NCBI GenBank assembly: GCA_002499545.1
Contig: DAME01000003.1
Location: 77,089-141,088 of the forward strand
Direction: 5' to 3'
DNA from: Euryarchaeota archaeon UBA88
GTDB taxonomy: Archaea; Thermoplasmatota; Poseidoniia; Poseidoniales; Poseidoniaceae
DNA: 64,000 bases
The translations under genes were made by a program, and so were the position numbers. Under the pieces are notes generated by a model. The model did not search any database. It was not told the origin of the DNA and was given only the letters and a program-made list of their open reading frames with translations. This document shows, one piece after another, positions 35,098 to 44,598 of the stretch; position 1 is the first letter of the stretch; each line of letters starts with the position of its first letter.

Positions 35098-36234
35098 TCA
35101 CAAATCATCGAATAAATCGTCGAATTCATCTGATTCCTCAGAATCCATGTCCAAGTCAGAGAACATATCATCGAAATCATCGTCCTCTGCCCCACTTTCT
35201 TCGGGTTCTTCTGGAAGAATGATCGGTTGTTTGAGGGTTGGTTTTTGCTGCTTTTTCGGCTTTTTGCGTACGACTCGCACAAGAACGAGCAGGAACAACA
35301 CCAGGAGAAGAGAACCGCCGCCAATAGCAGCATACATTATCGTGTCATCGTCGCTGATTGAAGTCAAACCTTCCAAACCACTGGATTGACTCTGGCCTTT
35401 GACGTCAAGCTGGATCGTGACTTCGCTGAATTGGGCTGAATCATCGTTGCCACTCTGAGCGCGAATGATGAGTGGATTTCGAAGGTCTTCACTCAACTGT
35501 GAAGGAGAACGGATGCTCAATGTCTTGACAGAAGAGGTTCCTTGCGAAGGCACGTTTTCGCTGATAAATGTGCCTGCTGGGAATGAGAAACCTGCAGCTT
35601 CGAGTTCGGCAGCATTCGCTATGACAACCTCGAGTTTGTCGTCATCGTTTCCTTTATTGGTCATTTGGAAGGTGAATTCTACTTCTTCACTTGTCTCCAT
35701 ATACCGTGTGGTGATGTCTGAAAGTGAGAGTTCAATCATTCCGTAGGATTCGATACTAAAGTCGCCAATGTAGGTCGTGTTTGCAACCCAAGGACCTTCC
35801 GGCAACTGCCCGTACGGAAGACTGTTCCACGATTCTACCTTGGCTTCAATCACGAATTCATGCATGATTGAAGCCGAAAGCTTGGTTTGTCCAGAAAAGA
35901 GAAGCTCAAATGTATCGTCTTCACCTGCAGCGAGCGTGAACGAATCTTCTGAGAGTGAGAGTTCGACTAAAATTCCATCCCATTCGATGACCTCAATGCT
36001 GATGTCTTCACTCGCAGAAGTTGGGTTGGTTACAGTGCACACCACGGATACCTCGGCATCCGAGGTTGGCCGGACGTCCATGACAGGGTCTGAACCACAG
36101 TCCAATTCAACTGCTGGAAGCGGCGAGCCTTGTGCTGATGCGGTGGAAAGAAAGCATGGAGCAATGAACAGTGCCATCACAAGGCCGATTATCAAGGACT
36201 TATGAACGGATGACACGGTTATGGGTGAGGGCAT
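35098..36234 (-). CDS. Type I membrane/surface protein with acidic cytoplasmic tail
   Basis: N-terminal signal-like segment (LIIGLVMALFIAPCFLSTASAQG), a beta-rich ectodomain of about 280 aa, a C-terminal TM (GGGSLLLVLFLLVLV) followed by RVVRKKPKK, then an acidic tail with two (D/E)FDD(M/L)F repeats. Confidence 0.65.
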   Translation of the reverse strand: MPSPITVSSVHKSLIIGLVMALFIAPCFLSTASAQGSPLPAVELDCGSDPVMDVRPTSDAEVSVVCTVTNPTSASEDISIEVIEWDGILVELSLSEDSFTLAAGEDDTFELLFSGQTKLSASIMHEFVIEAKVESWNSLPYGQLPEGPWVANTTYIGDFSIESYGMIELSLSDITTRYMETSEEVEFTFQMTNKGNDDDKLEVVIANAAELEAAGFSFPAGTFISENVPSQGTSSVKTLSIRSPSQLSEDLRNPLIIRAQSGNDDSAQFSEVTIQLDVKGQSQSSGLEGLTSISDDDTIMYAAIGGGSLLLVLFLLVLVRVVRKKPKKQQKPTLKQPIILPEEPEESGAEDDDFDDMFSDLDMDSEESDEFDDLFDDL

Positions 36235-36256
36235 TCACTCATGAATGTGATGGCTT

Positions 36257-37174
36257 TCAAGTGTCAGAATGGGCCGACTCGGTAGAATAAACGCTCGGAC
36301 CGTACAATTCTTCGGCGAGATCCTGGTGAGCCAGCCAGAGGTATTCTTCATCCAATCCCGCATCAAGCAACTGCTTGGTTCGCTTTGGGACGGTCTTCGG
36401 TCCGAGGACTGCTCCTGGACGGCGGGGATCGTCCATGTAGTCTGTTTCAAGCATGAAGCCGTGGCCGCATTTTTCTACTGTCCCCATCAATTCTTCAATG
36501 GCCCCTTTGCCAATAAGAACACTTGGCGTGACGCCCTGCGTGATGGCTAAATCGACGTTTGGAGGTGAATAATGACGCACTAACCGGCGAGCCGGAAGGC
36601 CAGCTTTTGAGGCCATTTGGGAAAGGTCCCGATAGGTAGATTCGAGTTCACCTTCAACATGAAGCTGAAGTACAATACCCTCTTGATGCGCAAGGTGCAT
36701 CGTTTCACTCAACAACGTATTGGAAAGTTCCCAAACTCGTGCACTCACCGGCCAGTGCGGTCGTCCAACTTCCCCTAGGGCGTGTGCTTTACCTTCATCG
36801 ATATATTCGACAGCCGCATCAATGCTGTTACGGTAATTTTCCATTGCCAACTGTGCACCTTGCTCACCGTCTGAATCCAACCATGCGATGAATTGATGAG
36901 CAAACGCCGCTGGGTGAGGTCCAAGTACGACTCGAACACCAAGTCCAACATTCCTGCGAACCTGCTCTGCCATAGCCACAGTATCTGCATAGGCCTCACT
37001 GTGCCCTTGTTTTGTGGTTGGAGGGGATGAAAAATCCGGACAGTGGACCAAAACAATGTCAGTACCACCAGCGTTTTTGAAATCCTTTGCAGCATCGAGG
37101 TAGCGACCGTTCCGATTCAAATGAAAGTGGTTGTCGAGGATTGGGCCATCCCAACCTGTACCTCCCGTCATCAT
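36257..37174 (-). CDS. TatD-related metal-dependent hydrolase (COG1099-like)
   Basis: ILDNHFHLN metal-binding HxH motif near the N-terminus. TIM-barrel-like pattern with later His/Glu/Asp residues (HVEGE, LETDYMDD). Confidence 0.65.
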   Translation of the reverse strand: MMTGGTGWDGPILDNHFHLNRNGRYLDAAKDFKNAGGTDIVLVHCPDFSSPPTTKQGHSEAYADTVAMAEQVRRNVGLGVRVVLGPHPAAFAHQFIAWLDSDGEQGAQLAMENYRNSIDAAVEYIDEGKAHALGEVGRPHWPVSARVWELSNTLLSETMHLAHQEGIVLQLHVEGELESTYRDLSQMASKAGLPARRLVRHYSPPNVDLAITQGVTPSVLIGKGAIEELMGTVEKCGHGFMLETDYMDDPRRPGAVLGPKTVPKRTKQLLDAGLDEEYLWLAHQDLAEELYGPSVYSTESAHSDT

Positions 37175-37237
37175 CGAGCCTCATCAAGCGCTACAGTTCC
37201 TGCGATTTCAACGCATGGGTAATTGCTGGGTGAAGGA

Positions 37238-37786
37238 TTAGATTCGCTGAACAAACATTCCTTTTTCTTGAAGAATTCCGCGCCAGTAAACAGCAGCCAT
37301 CGCAACCATGTTTCGATGCCGTGCATCGGTTGCCACGCAGCGACCGTTTGGCCACATGTGCAACGTGAGGTTGTGCCGGGTATCCGATACAACGCTGCAA
37401 CCCAGTCGCTGGTCGTAGACAGAAGTACCGGCGTTAAAGTCGCCCACCAACTGGTTAACGTCCAAATCACTGCCAAATTCAAAAGATGCGACAACTGGTC
37501 CTAGTTCCGTTTCAAGCCCTGAATCACTGAGCCCTAAACGCAGCATCAATTCTTTGGCTGCCGCACGTGCAGATTCAACTCGATGTGTACCGTGCACGAC
37601 TATTCGACCTTCTGCATCGATGACAATGGTTGCTCTTGGGTGGTCCAGCACCTTGATGACAACGCCACCAGTTTGTTGACCACCTAATTGGGCAACAACG
37701 GCTGATTGGTCAATAGGCGAGGGTGCAACAAAGCGAACAAGCTGATTTTCGATTCGTACGTCAATGGTTCCAGCTGCCATATTCAC
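37238..37786 (-). CDS. Divergent TBP-fold (TATA-box-binding-protein-like) two-repeat protein
   Basis: 182 aa. Repeat 1 is VRIENQLVRFVAPSPIDQSAV...PRATIVIDAEGRIVVHGTHRVESARAAAKELMLRLGL. Repeat 2 is PVVASFEFGSDLDVNQLV...HNLTLHMWPNGRCVATDARHRNMVAMAA. This matches TBP topology, but the canonical FPG and SGK-TGAKS motifs are absent. Its ATG overlaps the upstream stop by 4 nt. Confidence 0.4.
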   Translation of the reverse strand: MNMAAGTIDVRIENQLVRFVAPSPIDQSAVVAQLGGQQTGGVVIKVLDHPRATIVIDAEGRIVVHGTHRVESARAAAKELMLRLGLSDSGLETELGPVVASFEFGSDLDVNQLVGDFNAGTSVYDQRLGCSVVSDTRHNLTLHMWPNGRCVATDARHRNMVAMAAVYWRGILQEKGMFVQRI

Positions 37787-38598
37787 TCCTCCTCAGTATC
37801 ATCGGACGGGCCCGCGTATGAAGTTATTTCCTCTGTATCTGGAAGTGATTCCAGAACCGAAAGCATAGCATTTCGATGAGGCAAGTAAAGCGGAACAAGC
37901 AAGACTGCATCGTCCCCGAACTGTTTGCGAAGCGTAGAGAGAGCCCCCCGAAGTCGGCAGCCGTACCGTTGATTGCGGGCGTGCGCAACATCCGGGCCGA
38001 TAATCCATTCCGAAAGATCCCACCATGTCGCTGATAACACTGAGGCTGAACCGAAGTTAGCAGAAACCCCTTTCGGAGGTTTTTGAGCTTCGAAGATGTT
38101 TTTCTTGACCCTTTTTCTCCACTTCCCACCCAGTGAAATGAGTCCTAACAATTTCCTCCAATGCGATGCAGCCTTCGCTTCGTTGGTCAGATGCTCACCC
38201 CATAACTCGTCATCAGCAGTGGGCTCAATGAAAAACACCGGTCGCTCGTGTCGCACGGCGTTACGATGGATTCGGCGAGGTTCTGGGTCTGGGAATCGTC
38301 CACCGTTGACGTCTTCGATAAGCGTTAATTCATCGAGAAAAATTGCGAATGCACCACCAGAAATCAAGCTGTGTGAGAGGTTCACCCCAGGTGATTCAGC
38401 CTCGTCTTTTTCCTCTTGAACCCAAAGGTCAACGACATCAGGCGATTCGAGCAACCCAAGTCCGTGCCACCCAGTCCGGGGACGCATCAATCGAGGGTAT
38501 ACGACCGTTGGAAGGACCGGATGAAGGAGGATTCGACCACCTTCGGGGTCATCCCAATACGTGTCACCCCATTCAAGTCGAGCAGGCAAAACCTTCAC
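37783..38598 (-). CDS. Hypothetical protein
   Basis: 271-aa ORF starting 1 nt after the stop of the giant surface protein gene. No motif recognised. Acidic C-terminus. Confidence 0.55.
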   Translation of the reverse strand: MKVLPARLEWGDTYWDDPEGGRILLHPVLPTVVYPRLMRPRTGWHGLGLLESPDVVDLWVQEEKDEAESPGVNLSHSLISGGAFAIFLDELTLIEDVNGGRFPDPEPRRIHRNAVRHERPVFFIEPTADDELWGEHLTNEAKAASHWRKLLGLISLGGKWRKRVKKNIFEAQKPPKGVSANFGSASVLSATWWDLSEWIIGPDVAHARNQRYGCRLRGALSTLRKQFGDDAVLLVPLYLPHRNAMLSVLESLPDTEEITSYAGPSDDTEEE

Positions 38599-38599
38599 C

Positions 38600-41500
38600 T
38601 TACTGGCTCTCTACCCACTCGAGTAACGCTTGAACGCTCCATCCTTGGTCGAAGTATCCTTGGATTTCTTCCTGAGTCCACTGAGGGAACTTCTGCATGG
38701 CATCACGCATCTCTGGTGAGAGGCTCGAGGCTGCTGGAGGCGGCCCTGAGAGAGTCGAAGATTGCTGAGGAATATCGACATAGGTTTTCGAATCTGATTC
38801 ATCGTCTTCATCGAACAAGTCAGATTCTCCACTGCGACGGATCAGAACGAATACCAGTGTTCCGAGTACTGCTACGGCAATTCCGAGTATCGATGCTAAC
38901 ACCACGAATCCAGTCGAGTCAGACGACTGACTTTCGACCTTGACGTTGAATGATTCTCCTACAGAGGAACCGTTGAACAACAGTTCATTTGTCGTGTTGT
39001 CTGAAATCATGTAGTACATTCCAGTAGTCGCCAAATTAAACTGTTGAAGTTCAACTGAAATCCACGACTTTTGTCCAACTGCAATTTCTCCGGTAGATAC
39101 GCTGCTCTCAAAGATGGGGGTACTTCCACCAATCACCGAGCGGATATTGAGGTCTGTGGATCCGTCCATAGTCCCATCGTTTCGAACTTCGATTTCAAGT
39201 GTAACCTTGTCGCCAACCTCTGGAGATGAAGGCGACATGATCACGTTATCGATGAGGAAACTGGCTTCTTCATGAATCAACTCATACATGGACTTGTGAA
39301 CTGGGTCCCCTGAATTGATGAATCCAATACTTCCGTCTTCATTTGGGCCGCCGCCAAGAATTGCACGGGTACCTGCTGAATCGGTTGCATCAATCCAAAA
39401 CACGATATCGACGTTGGATATTTGCTCACGTTCAGGATCATCTTGTCCTTCTGAGAGTGGCCACAAGTCGATGCAGTCACCAACTGCAGAATACGAACCA
39501 CCGCTCTCACTGATGATGAGTTCATGCGACATTGGTTCATCGCCGAAAGTACTGCGGTAAATCGGCCAAGTAATGTTGTTGGACGAATCGGTGTAGAAAC
39601 TCCACGAAACAAAGACGTCGCCTTGGAACATTGCTTCTCGTTCTTCGAGAGCAACTTGTACATCGACACAATGGAAGGTCGAAGTCGGCAACACATTTGC
39701 CATTGGCTCATTGGTCAATCCTTTCATTGCAGACCATGAGTTGGATGAAACCCGAGGTGCGGTTCCGTCAACTTTGATCTTGAAGTTTTGGCACCCATAT
39801 GAAGCGGAGCCGGCACAGAATGCAGAGGTACTGTCAACTGCTCCCAGAGGGAGGCCAGCAATACCGTTTCCACACTCACCGTTGACTCCACCAGAACCAC
39901 CGGTCGCGTCATAGGGGCACAATCTGAAGACGTAGGTGTATTCGTTGGTCACTGGAGGTGCCGTGATGTTAATGTCGAATACGCCACCAGTGAACGAGTG
40001 ATATGTCACTTCACCAGGGAATGCAATGTAACCCTTGGCGCCGTCCATAGATGCAGCTTGCCGGGTAATCTCGAGCGTCAATTCGGTTTCAGGAGTGATG
40101 TAGACTTCGTTGTTAATTCCTTCAACGTAAGCGTATTGACCCTCAAATCCAATGATGTCACCGGGATAGACGAAGCCCTTGCGAACATCGTTTGTTTTCG
40201 GCTCCATGAGATCCATGAATGTAGGTGTGACCATCAAATCGTTGGCCGTATCTGCACGGAAATCAAGTTGAATTCCATCACTGTAGTACCAGTCTTGAAT
40301 GTGTCGACCGGGAGCCGGCAACATGCGGTATCGTGGGTTATCCAAGTCCTGCATGTACAGCACAGGGTTGTTCAACGAACTGGAAGCACCCGGCAGCCCC
40401 CACGTCATTCGAATCGGCAGGTCGAGGTAGAAATCAGATTCAAACGGATCGATTAAGACGCCGCCATCCATTCGCAGAACTTGGGGTCCTTGTGATGTCG
40501 CCGATTCTCCGAGAATTTCGATGAATGGGCTTGAAGTCCATGCAGTTTGGTTTCGTGGGAAGAACCAGACGGTCATGTCGTCTCGGTCATCAGCCAGGTC
40601 GACTCGGAAGTAGTCAACATCACGCCATCCGTTGTCGTCGTTTGCTTCTACAATCAGGTGATATTCGTTTCCAGCGTACATGGTTTGGTTCCACTTTCCG
40701 TTGTATTGCTGTTGATTGGACTTAAGGAAGCGACTTTCCTGTGAATCTTCAACGAAGAAATTTCGGATCACTGGCGACTTAGAACTCATTGAAACATAGG
40801 TGAACTTATCGTTTTCAAATCCTGGTGCTCCACCGTTTATGGCGTTACCAGCGAGGTCAAATCCTTCAATCCAAATGCTGACTTTACCTACTGGGTCTTT
40901 ACCAACGTTCGCGTAATCGTTGAACGTTGCGGTGTAGTTTGCAAATGGAGCGGCTCCATCGCTGTTTGCTGTCACCGTGATGTATTCATCAGCATCGGCT
41001 TGTCCATCACCATTCGTGTCGTGGTCGTGTTCGACCCATACCATGATGTTCAGCGACGAAGGCGGATTTGGAAGGTCGCTAGCATTCAAACGGATTTTCT
41101 GAGTTGTTGATGGAACAACCCACGTATCATCAACCATCACACGCCAGTTACTTTCCACCGATGGATCGACTTCTCCGTTAAGAATTCGCACATCGACAAG
41201 ATTCGGGTCCAGTGTGTCGATTGAAAGGTTGAACGGAATAGCACAGGAACTGTCAGGTCGGTACTCTGCAGCAGGGCAAAGTGTGTCTCCACCCTCGTAA
41301 CCGTCTATGCGGAAACGATAGGTGTCTTGACCAGCAGCCATGCCGAGGTCAATTTGCCAGTTGAAGTCACCGCCAATTACACCTGATTGGTTTGCAACTG
41401 TATGCCATTCAACGCTGATGTTTCCATTCGAGTTGTTGATGAACTTCTGTTCAAGCACCATAAAGTAGCCACTTGGGTCAGGTGATATCGACAGGTCTTG

Positions 41501-44500
41501 CAATCGGATTGAACCAGAAACAGTAACCAATTGACCGGATTTTCCGTCATCGAGGTCTTGGGCGATTCCGATGTTGTTCTCCACTTGGAAGGACGTAATT
41601 TGAGCGTCATTCTCAACAGCATTTCCGCCGTTAGGAGCCATCAAGAGCGCATCCGGCAATCCATTGATTCCGTTTGCAGTAACTAAACCAGAATAGATTC
41701 GAACTTCCTCAGTATCTTCCCAATTTGAGTTAACAGTGAATCGCCAAGTCACTTCAAGACCTTCGGAGATCGGCATGACACTGGAAGACTCTAATGTAAT
41801 CAAATCGAGTTCATCATCTGCTTCAGTAAATCCAAATGAATTACTGTATGAGAGAAGAACCGAGCCCGTTTGAGATTCAAATGCGAGGATGGCTTCAGCC
41901 AAGCTCGTTCCGGTCAGTGAACTTACTGTATGGGTTGTGGAAATTTCATAAATTTCGCCGTTAGGGTACAAACCAACAGGATTTCCTGCCGCAGAAATCG
42001 TGTTCGTGTATCCTGCTGAAGTTTCGATTAGAAGGTCGGAAAATTCCAGTGTGCCGCCAGTAGAACTGGTGACCATGAGCTCAACTTCTGCAGTAGAACC
42101 ACCTTGCCAAAGAGCAATTCCCTTGTTCAACTCAATATCCAATCCATCAGAAGTCCCGAGAACCACTGAATAATTGTACACAATATCAAGGCCTCGAACG
42201 GTCATCTGGGCGCCAGTTGAGGCGTTTGGAGAATTAGCCTTGAGGCGGAAAGTTTGCCACTCGTTGCCGTATTCATCATAGTAACTGGTGGGAACAAGTG
42301 GGTTGGAGAGCAGTGAATTGAGGGCTGTTTTCATGTTGATGTCTTCCGGCAAGTATTCCGGGAAAATCAGAGAAATGTTCGCAACTGAACCCATCACAAC
42401 TTCTTGGGTACCTGACAGTAACGAAAGCTCGAAGCCCTCGCTCAAGTCGTTGGATGAAAAGATACCCATTTGGTCAAATGCAAAGTCAACTGAAGTGACT
42501 TCTGCACCCTTTGGAAGCATGAACATTGCACCTTCAGCAACACCAGATTGATCGATAGTGAGGTTAGAAGAACTCTGTCCGTAATTCACACCATCAATGG
42601 TTGCTTTGAGGAATTCCGTTTGACGCCCGAACGAGCCGAAAGCAGGTTCGTCAAAGCCCCAGTCTACCGTTCCGTCGTTACCAACATCGAGTTGGACGTG
42701 CGTTGCATGATGGCCGAATTCTAAGTCAAACCAGAGTCCGCCAACGTTGCATGCATTTTGGTACATCAGCTGCGCATCAAATCCAAACCATGGCTCTGCA
42801 AGTGTGTAAGTCGTACCACTCTCGGCACCGTTGATTCCGATTCCACCGAATCCCATGAGGTCCAAACTTGGAACCTCTGCACAGTCATCTTGAATCATCG
42901 GTGTGACGCTCGTAATTGGACGATCAAAGTTGCTTCGATGCAGAACAGGAGAGTAGGTATCATCCATCAGCAGAGGCGAGTACATGATTGGCATTCCTTG
43001 ACCAGGCGTCTCCCAAACTCCGTTGACGACATTGTCTGTCATGTCGTCGGTTTGGTTGAAACCGGTACCGACACGTGTACCGATGCTGAATCCGTGGAGG
43101 ACGGGGGATGACAAGCGGCTCGGTCCAGAATTGAACTCTATAGTGAAGTCAATGGATGGATGAGCGCTTGAATCGATGTCCCATAATTCGATGATTTTCC
43201 CCTGTAGGCCAGTCATGAGTTTTCCGTTACGGTCGGTAATCGTCTGACCAGTTGAAGAGTCGTGAACCTCGACATTCAAGGTCGCTGATGTCGTGGTTTC
43301 CGATTCGATTGTCAAAATACCGTAGCCATTTGGTTGGTTGTCGCCGGTTTGAACATAGGGTAAAAATCCGTTGATATCCATCGAGGAAGATTGAGGTAAT
43401 CGGTCTCCGACCCGGAAGTTATCGATGTACCAACCGGCCTTTCCGCCGTCTGCATTGTTGACGTTGTTATCTTCGACAACGAAGCGCATTTCGATGTACT
43501 TTCCGATATAAGGAGCCAGATCAACTGCTAAACTAGCCCATCCGTTCGGGTTAGCAACCGAGGTAGATGACCCTGCAATAGCATAATCTCCGGAAGCAAC
43601 GCCGCCGCAACGGTAGTCGATTTGTCCAGCGTTCGAAGCGCCGCTACTCCGTACATAGTATCCGTTGCCGTAACCGAGACCTGATGAATTTCCAAGGTCG
43701 ATATCCACGTGTTCAAACCCAGTTGGGTCGGAGGTCACGAAGTCATCGTTGAACGAGGAACGTATTTCGACATACGCACAGTCTCGGTAGTTGACCGGTG
43801 GGTTTGTTTGGCCACCAGACCCAGTTTCAACATCAAGGTCGTGCCATGAATCAAAGTATGCCATGTGGTTCTTTAAGTTGGAATCAACGTATATTGAAGC
43901 GGTTGTTAACAGATAGACTCGACCATTGTTTCCGTTGACATATTCATCGGTGTAGTCTTCATCCATCAATCCAGTTCCCCAGCAGTATTCACCACTAGCG
44001 CATGGAGGGATGTTCGTATTTGGTGGAAGAGCATTTGTGTCAATCTGACCGTGGTCCCAGCCAACCCAGTCTTGGGCAAGGGCTCTGTGGTCGATGAAGC
44101 CAGAGGTCGTTTCTTCAAAATCTGTGAGGAAGCCTTCTGATTTGAGGCGGACGGGAACTGAATTCGAACCTTCCTCGTACACGAAATGGGTTTCGTTTGA
44201 AAACTTCGTGAGTTGGTTGTTGTACATGGGGTTCCACACACGGGGCATGGTCTCGATATCGACACGTGAGTGTGCTGCGTGCTCGAGCATGTCGGTGGAA
44301 ACGGTCATCGAAGCATCGACAACGGTCTCATCTGCGGGGAGATTAATTATACCATCATTGGTGTTAATGAAGGGCGTTCCATCTCGGAATTCAATGTCTG
44401 CTGTAGGGTTACCATTTCCGAAATCAGTCACGGTTGCAGCACCTGCAAAGGGGGCCAATACCATTAGGAGTACGAGAAATAATGGGGTTTCTAATCGTCG

Positions 44501-44515
44501 ATTTTCACTGTGCAT
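38600..44515 (-). CDS. Giant (1,971 aa) type I cell-surface protein
   Basis: Signal-like N-terminus (PLFLVLLMVLAPFAGAATV), a beta-rich ectodomain of about 1,850 aa rich in N/T/S/G, a single C-terminal TM (FVVLASILGIAVAVLGTLVFVLI) and a cytoplasmic tail of about 90 aa ending FPQWTQEEIQGYFDQGWSVQALLEWVESQ. Confidence 0.8.
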   Translation of the reverse strand: MHSENRRLETPLFLVLLMVLAPFAGAATVTDFGNGNPTADIEFRDGTPFINTNDGIINLPADETVVDASMTVSTDMLEHAAHSRVDIETMPRVWNPMYNNQLTKFSNETHFVYEEGSNSVPVRLKSEGFLTDFEETTSGFIDHRALAQDWVGWDHGQIDTNALPPNTNIPPCASGEYCWGTGLMDEDYTDEYVNGNNGRVYLLTTASIYVDSNLKNHMAYFDSWHDLDVETGSGGQTNPPVNYRDCAYVEIRSSFNDDFVTSDPTGFEHVDIDLGNSSGLGYGNGYYVRSSGASNAGQIDYRCGGVASGDYAIAGSSTSVANPNGWASLAVDLAPYIGKYIEMRFVVEDNNVNNADGGKAGWYIDNFRVGDRLPQSSSMDINGFLPYVQTGDNQPNGYGILTIESETTTSATLNVEVHDSSTGQTITDRNGKLMTGLQGKIIELWDIDSSAHPSIDFTIEFNSGPSRLSSPVLHGFSIGTRVGTGFNQTDDMTDNVVNGVWETPGQGMPIMYSPLLMDDTYSPVLHRSNFDRPITSVTPMIQDDCAEVPSLDLMGFGGIGINGAESGTTYTLAEPWFGFDAQLMYQNACNVGGLWFDLEFGHHATHVQLDVGNDGTVDWGFDEPAFGSFGRQTEFLKATIDGVNYGQSSSNLTIDQSGVAEGAMFMLPKGAEVTSVDFAFDQMGIFSSNDLSEGFELSLLSGTQEVVMGSVANISLIFPEYLPEDINMKTALNSLLSNPLVPTSYYDEYGNEWQTFRLKANSPNASTGAQMTVRGLDIVYNYSVVLGTSDGLDIELNKGIALWQGGSTAEVELMVTSSTGGTLEFSDLLIETSAGYTNTISAAGNPVGLYPNGEIYEISTTHTVSSLTGTSLAEAILAFESQTGSVLLSYSNSFGFTEADDELDLITLESSSVMPISEGLEVTWRFTVNSNWEDTEEVRIYSGLVTANGINGLPDALLMAPNGGNAVENDAQITSFQVENNIGIAQDLDDGKSGQLVTVSGSIRLQDLSISPDPSGYFMVLEQKFINNSNGNISVEWHTVANQSGVIGGDFNWQIDLGMAAGQDTYRFRIDGYEGGDTLCPAAEYRPDSSCAIPFNLSIDTLDPNLVDVRILNGEVDPSVESNWRVMVDDTWVVPSTTQKIRLNASDLPNPPSSLNIMVWVEHDHDTNGDGQADADEYITVTANSDGAAPFANYTATFNDYANVGKDPVGKVSIWIEGFDLAGNAINGGAPGFENDKFTYVSMSSKSPVIRNFFVEDSQESRFLKSNQQQYNGKWNQTMYAGNEYHLIVEANDDNGWRDVDYFRVDLADDRDDMTVWFFPRNQTAWTSSPFIEILGESATSQGPQVLRMDGGVLIDPFESDFYLDLPIRMTWGLPGASSSLNNPVLYMQDLDNPRYRMLPAPGRHIQDWYYSDGIQLDFRADTANDLMVTPTFMDLMEPKTNDVRKGFVYPGDIIGFEGQYAYVEGINNEVYITPETELTLEITRQAASMDGAKGYIAFPGEVTYHSFTGGVFDINITAPPVTNEYTYVFRLCPYDATGGSGGVNGECGNGIAGLPLGAVDSTSAFCAGSASYGCQNFKIKVDGTAPRVSSNSWSAMKGLTNEPMANVLPTSTFHCVDVQVALEEREAMFQGDVFVSWSFYTDSSNNITWPIYRSTFGDEPMSHELIISESGGSYSAVGDCIDLWPLSEGQDDPEREQISNVDIVFWIDATDSAGTRAILGGGPNEDGSIGFINSGDPVHKSMYELIHEEASFLIDNVIMSPSSPEVGDKVTLEIEVRNDGTMDGSTDLNIRSVIGGSTPIFESSVSTGEIAVGQKSWISVELQQFNLATTGMYYMISDNTTNELLFNGSSVGESFNVKVESQSSDSTGFVVLASILGIAVAVLGTLVFVLIRRSGESDLFDEDDESDSKTYVDIPQQSSTLSGPPPAASSLSPEMRDAMQKFPQWTQEEIQGYFDQGWSVQALLEWVESQ

Positions 44516-44581
44516 AGTTTCACCGGCCCTTCATCCCAAGATTGCTTCACCTAAAACCGCATCGGGCTTTTGCCCACCATT

Positions 44582-44598
44582 ACCCTCCTACGGAGGGT
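44582..44598. other. GC-stem hairpin ACCCTCC-TAC-GGAGGGT
   Basis: Perfect 7-bp inverted repeat with a TAC loop, 67 nt upstream of the giant surface protein ATG (44515), in the divergent intergenic region. Confidence 0.5.
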
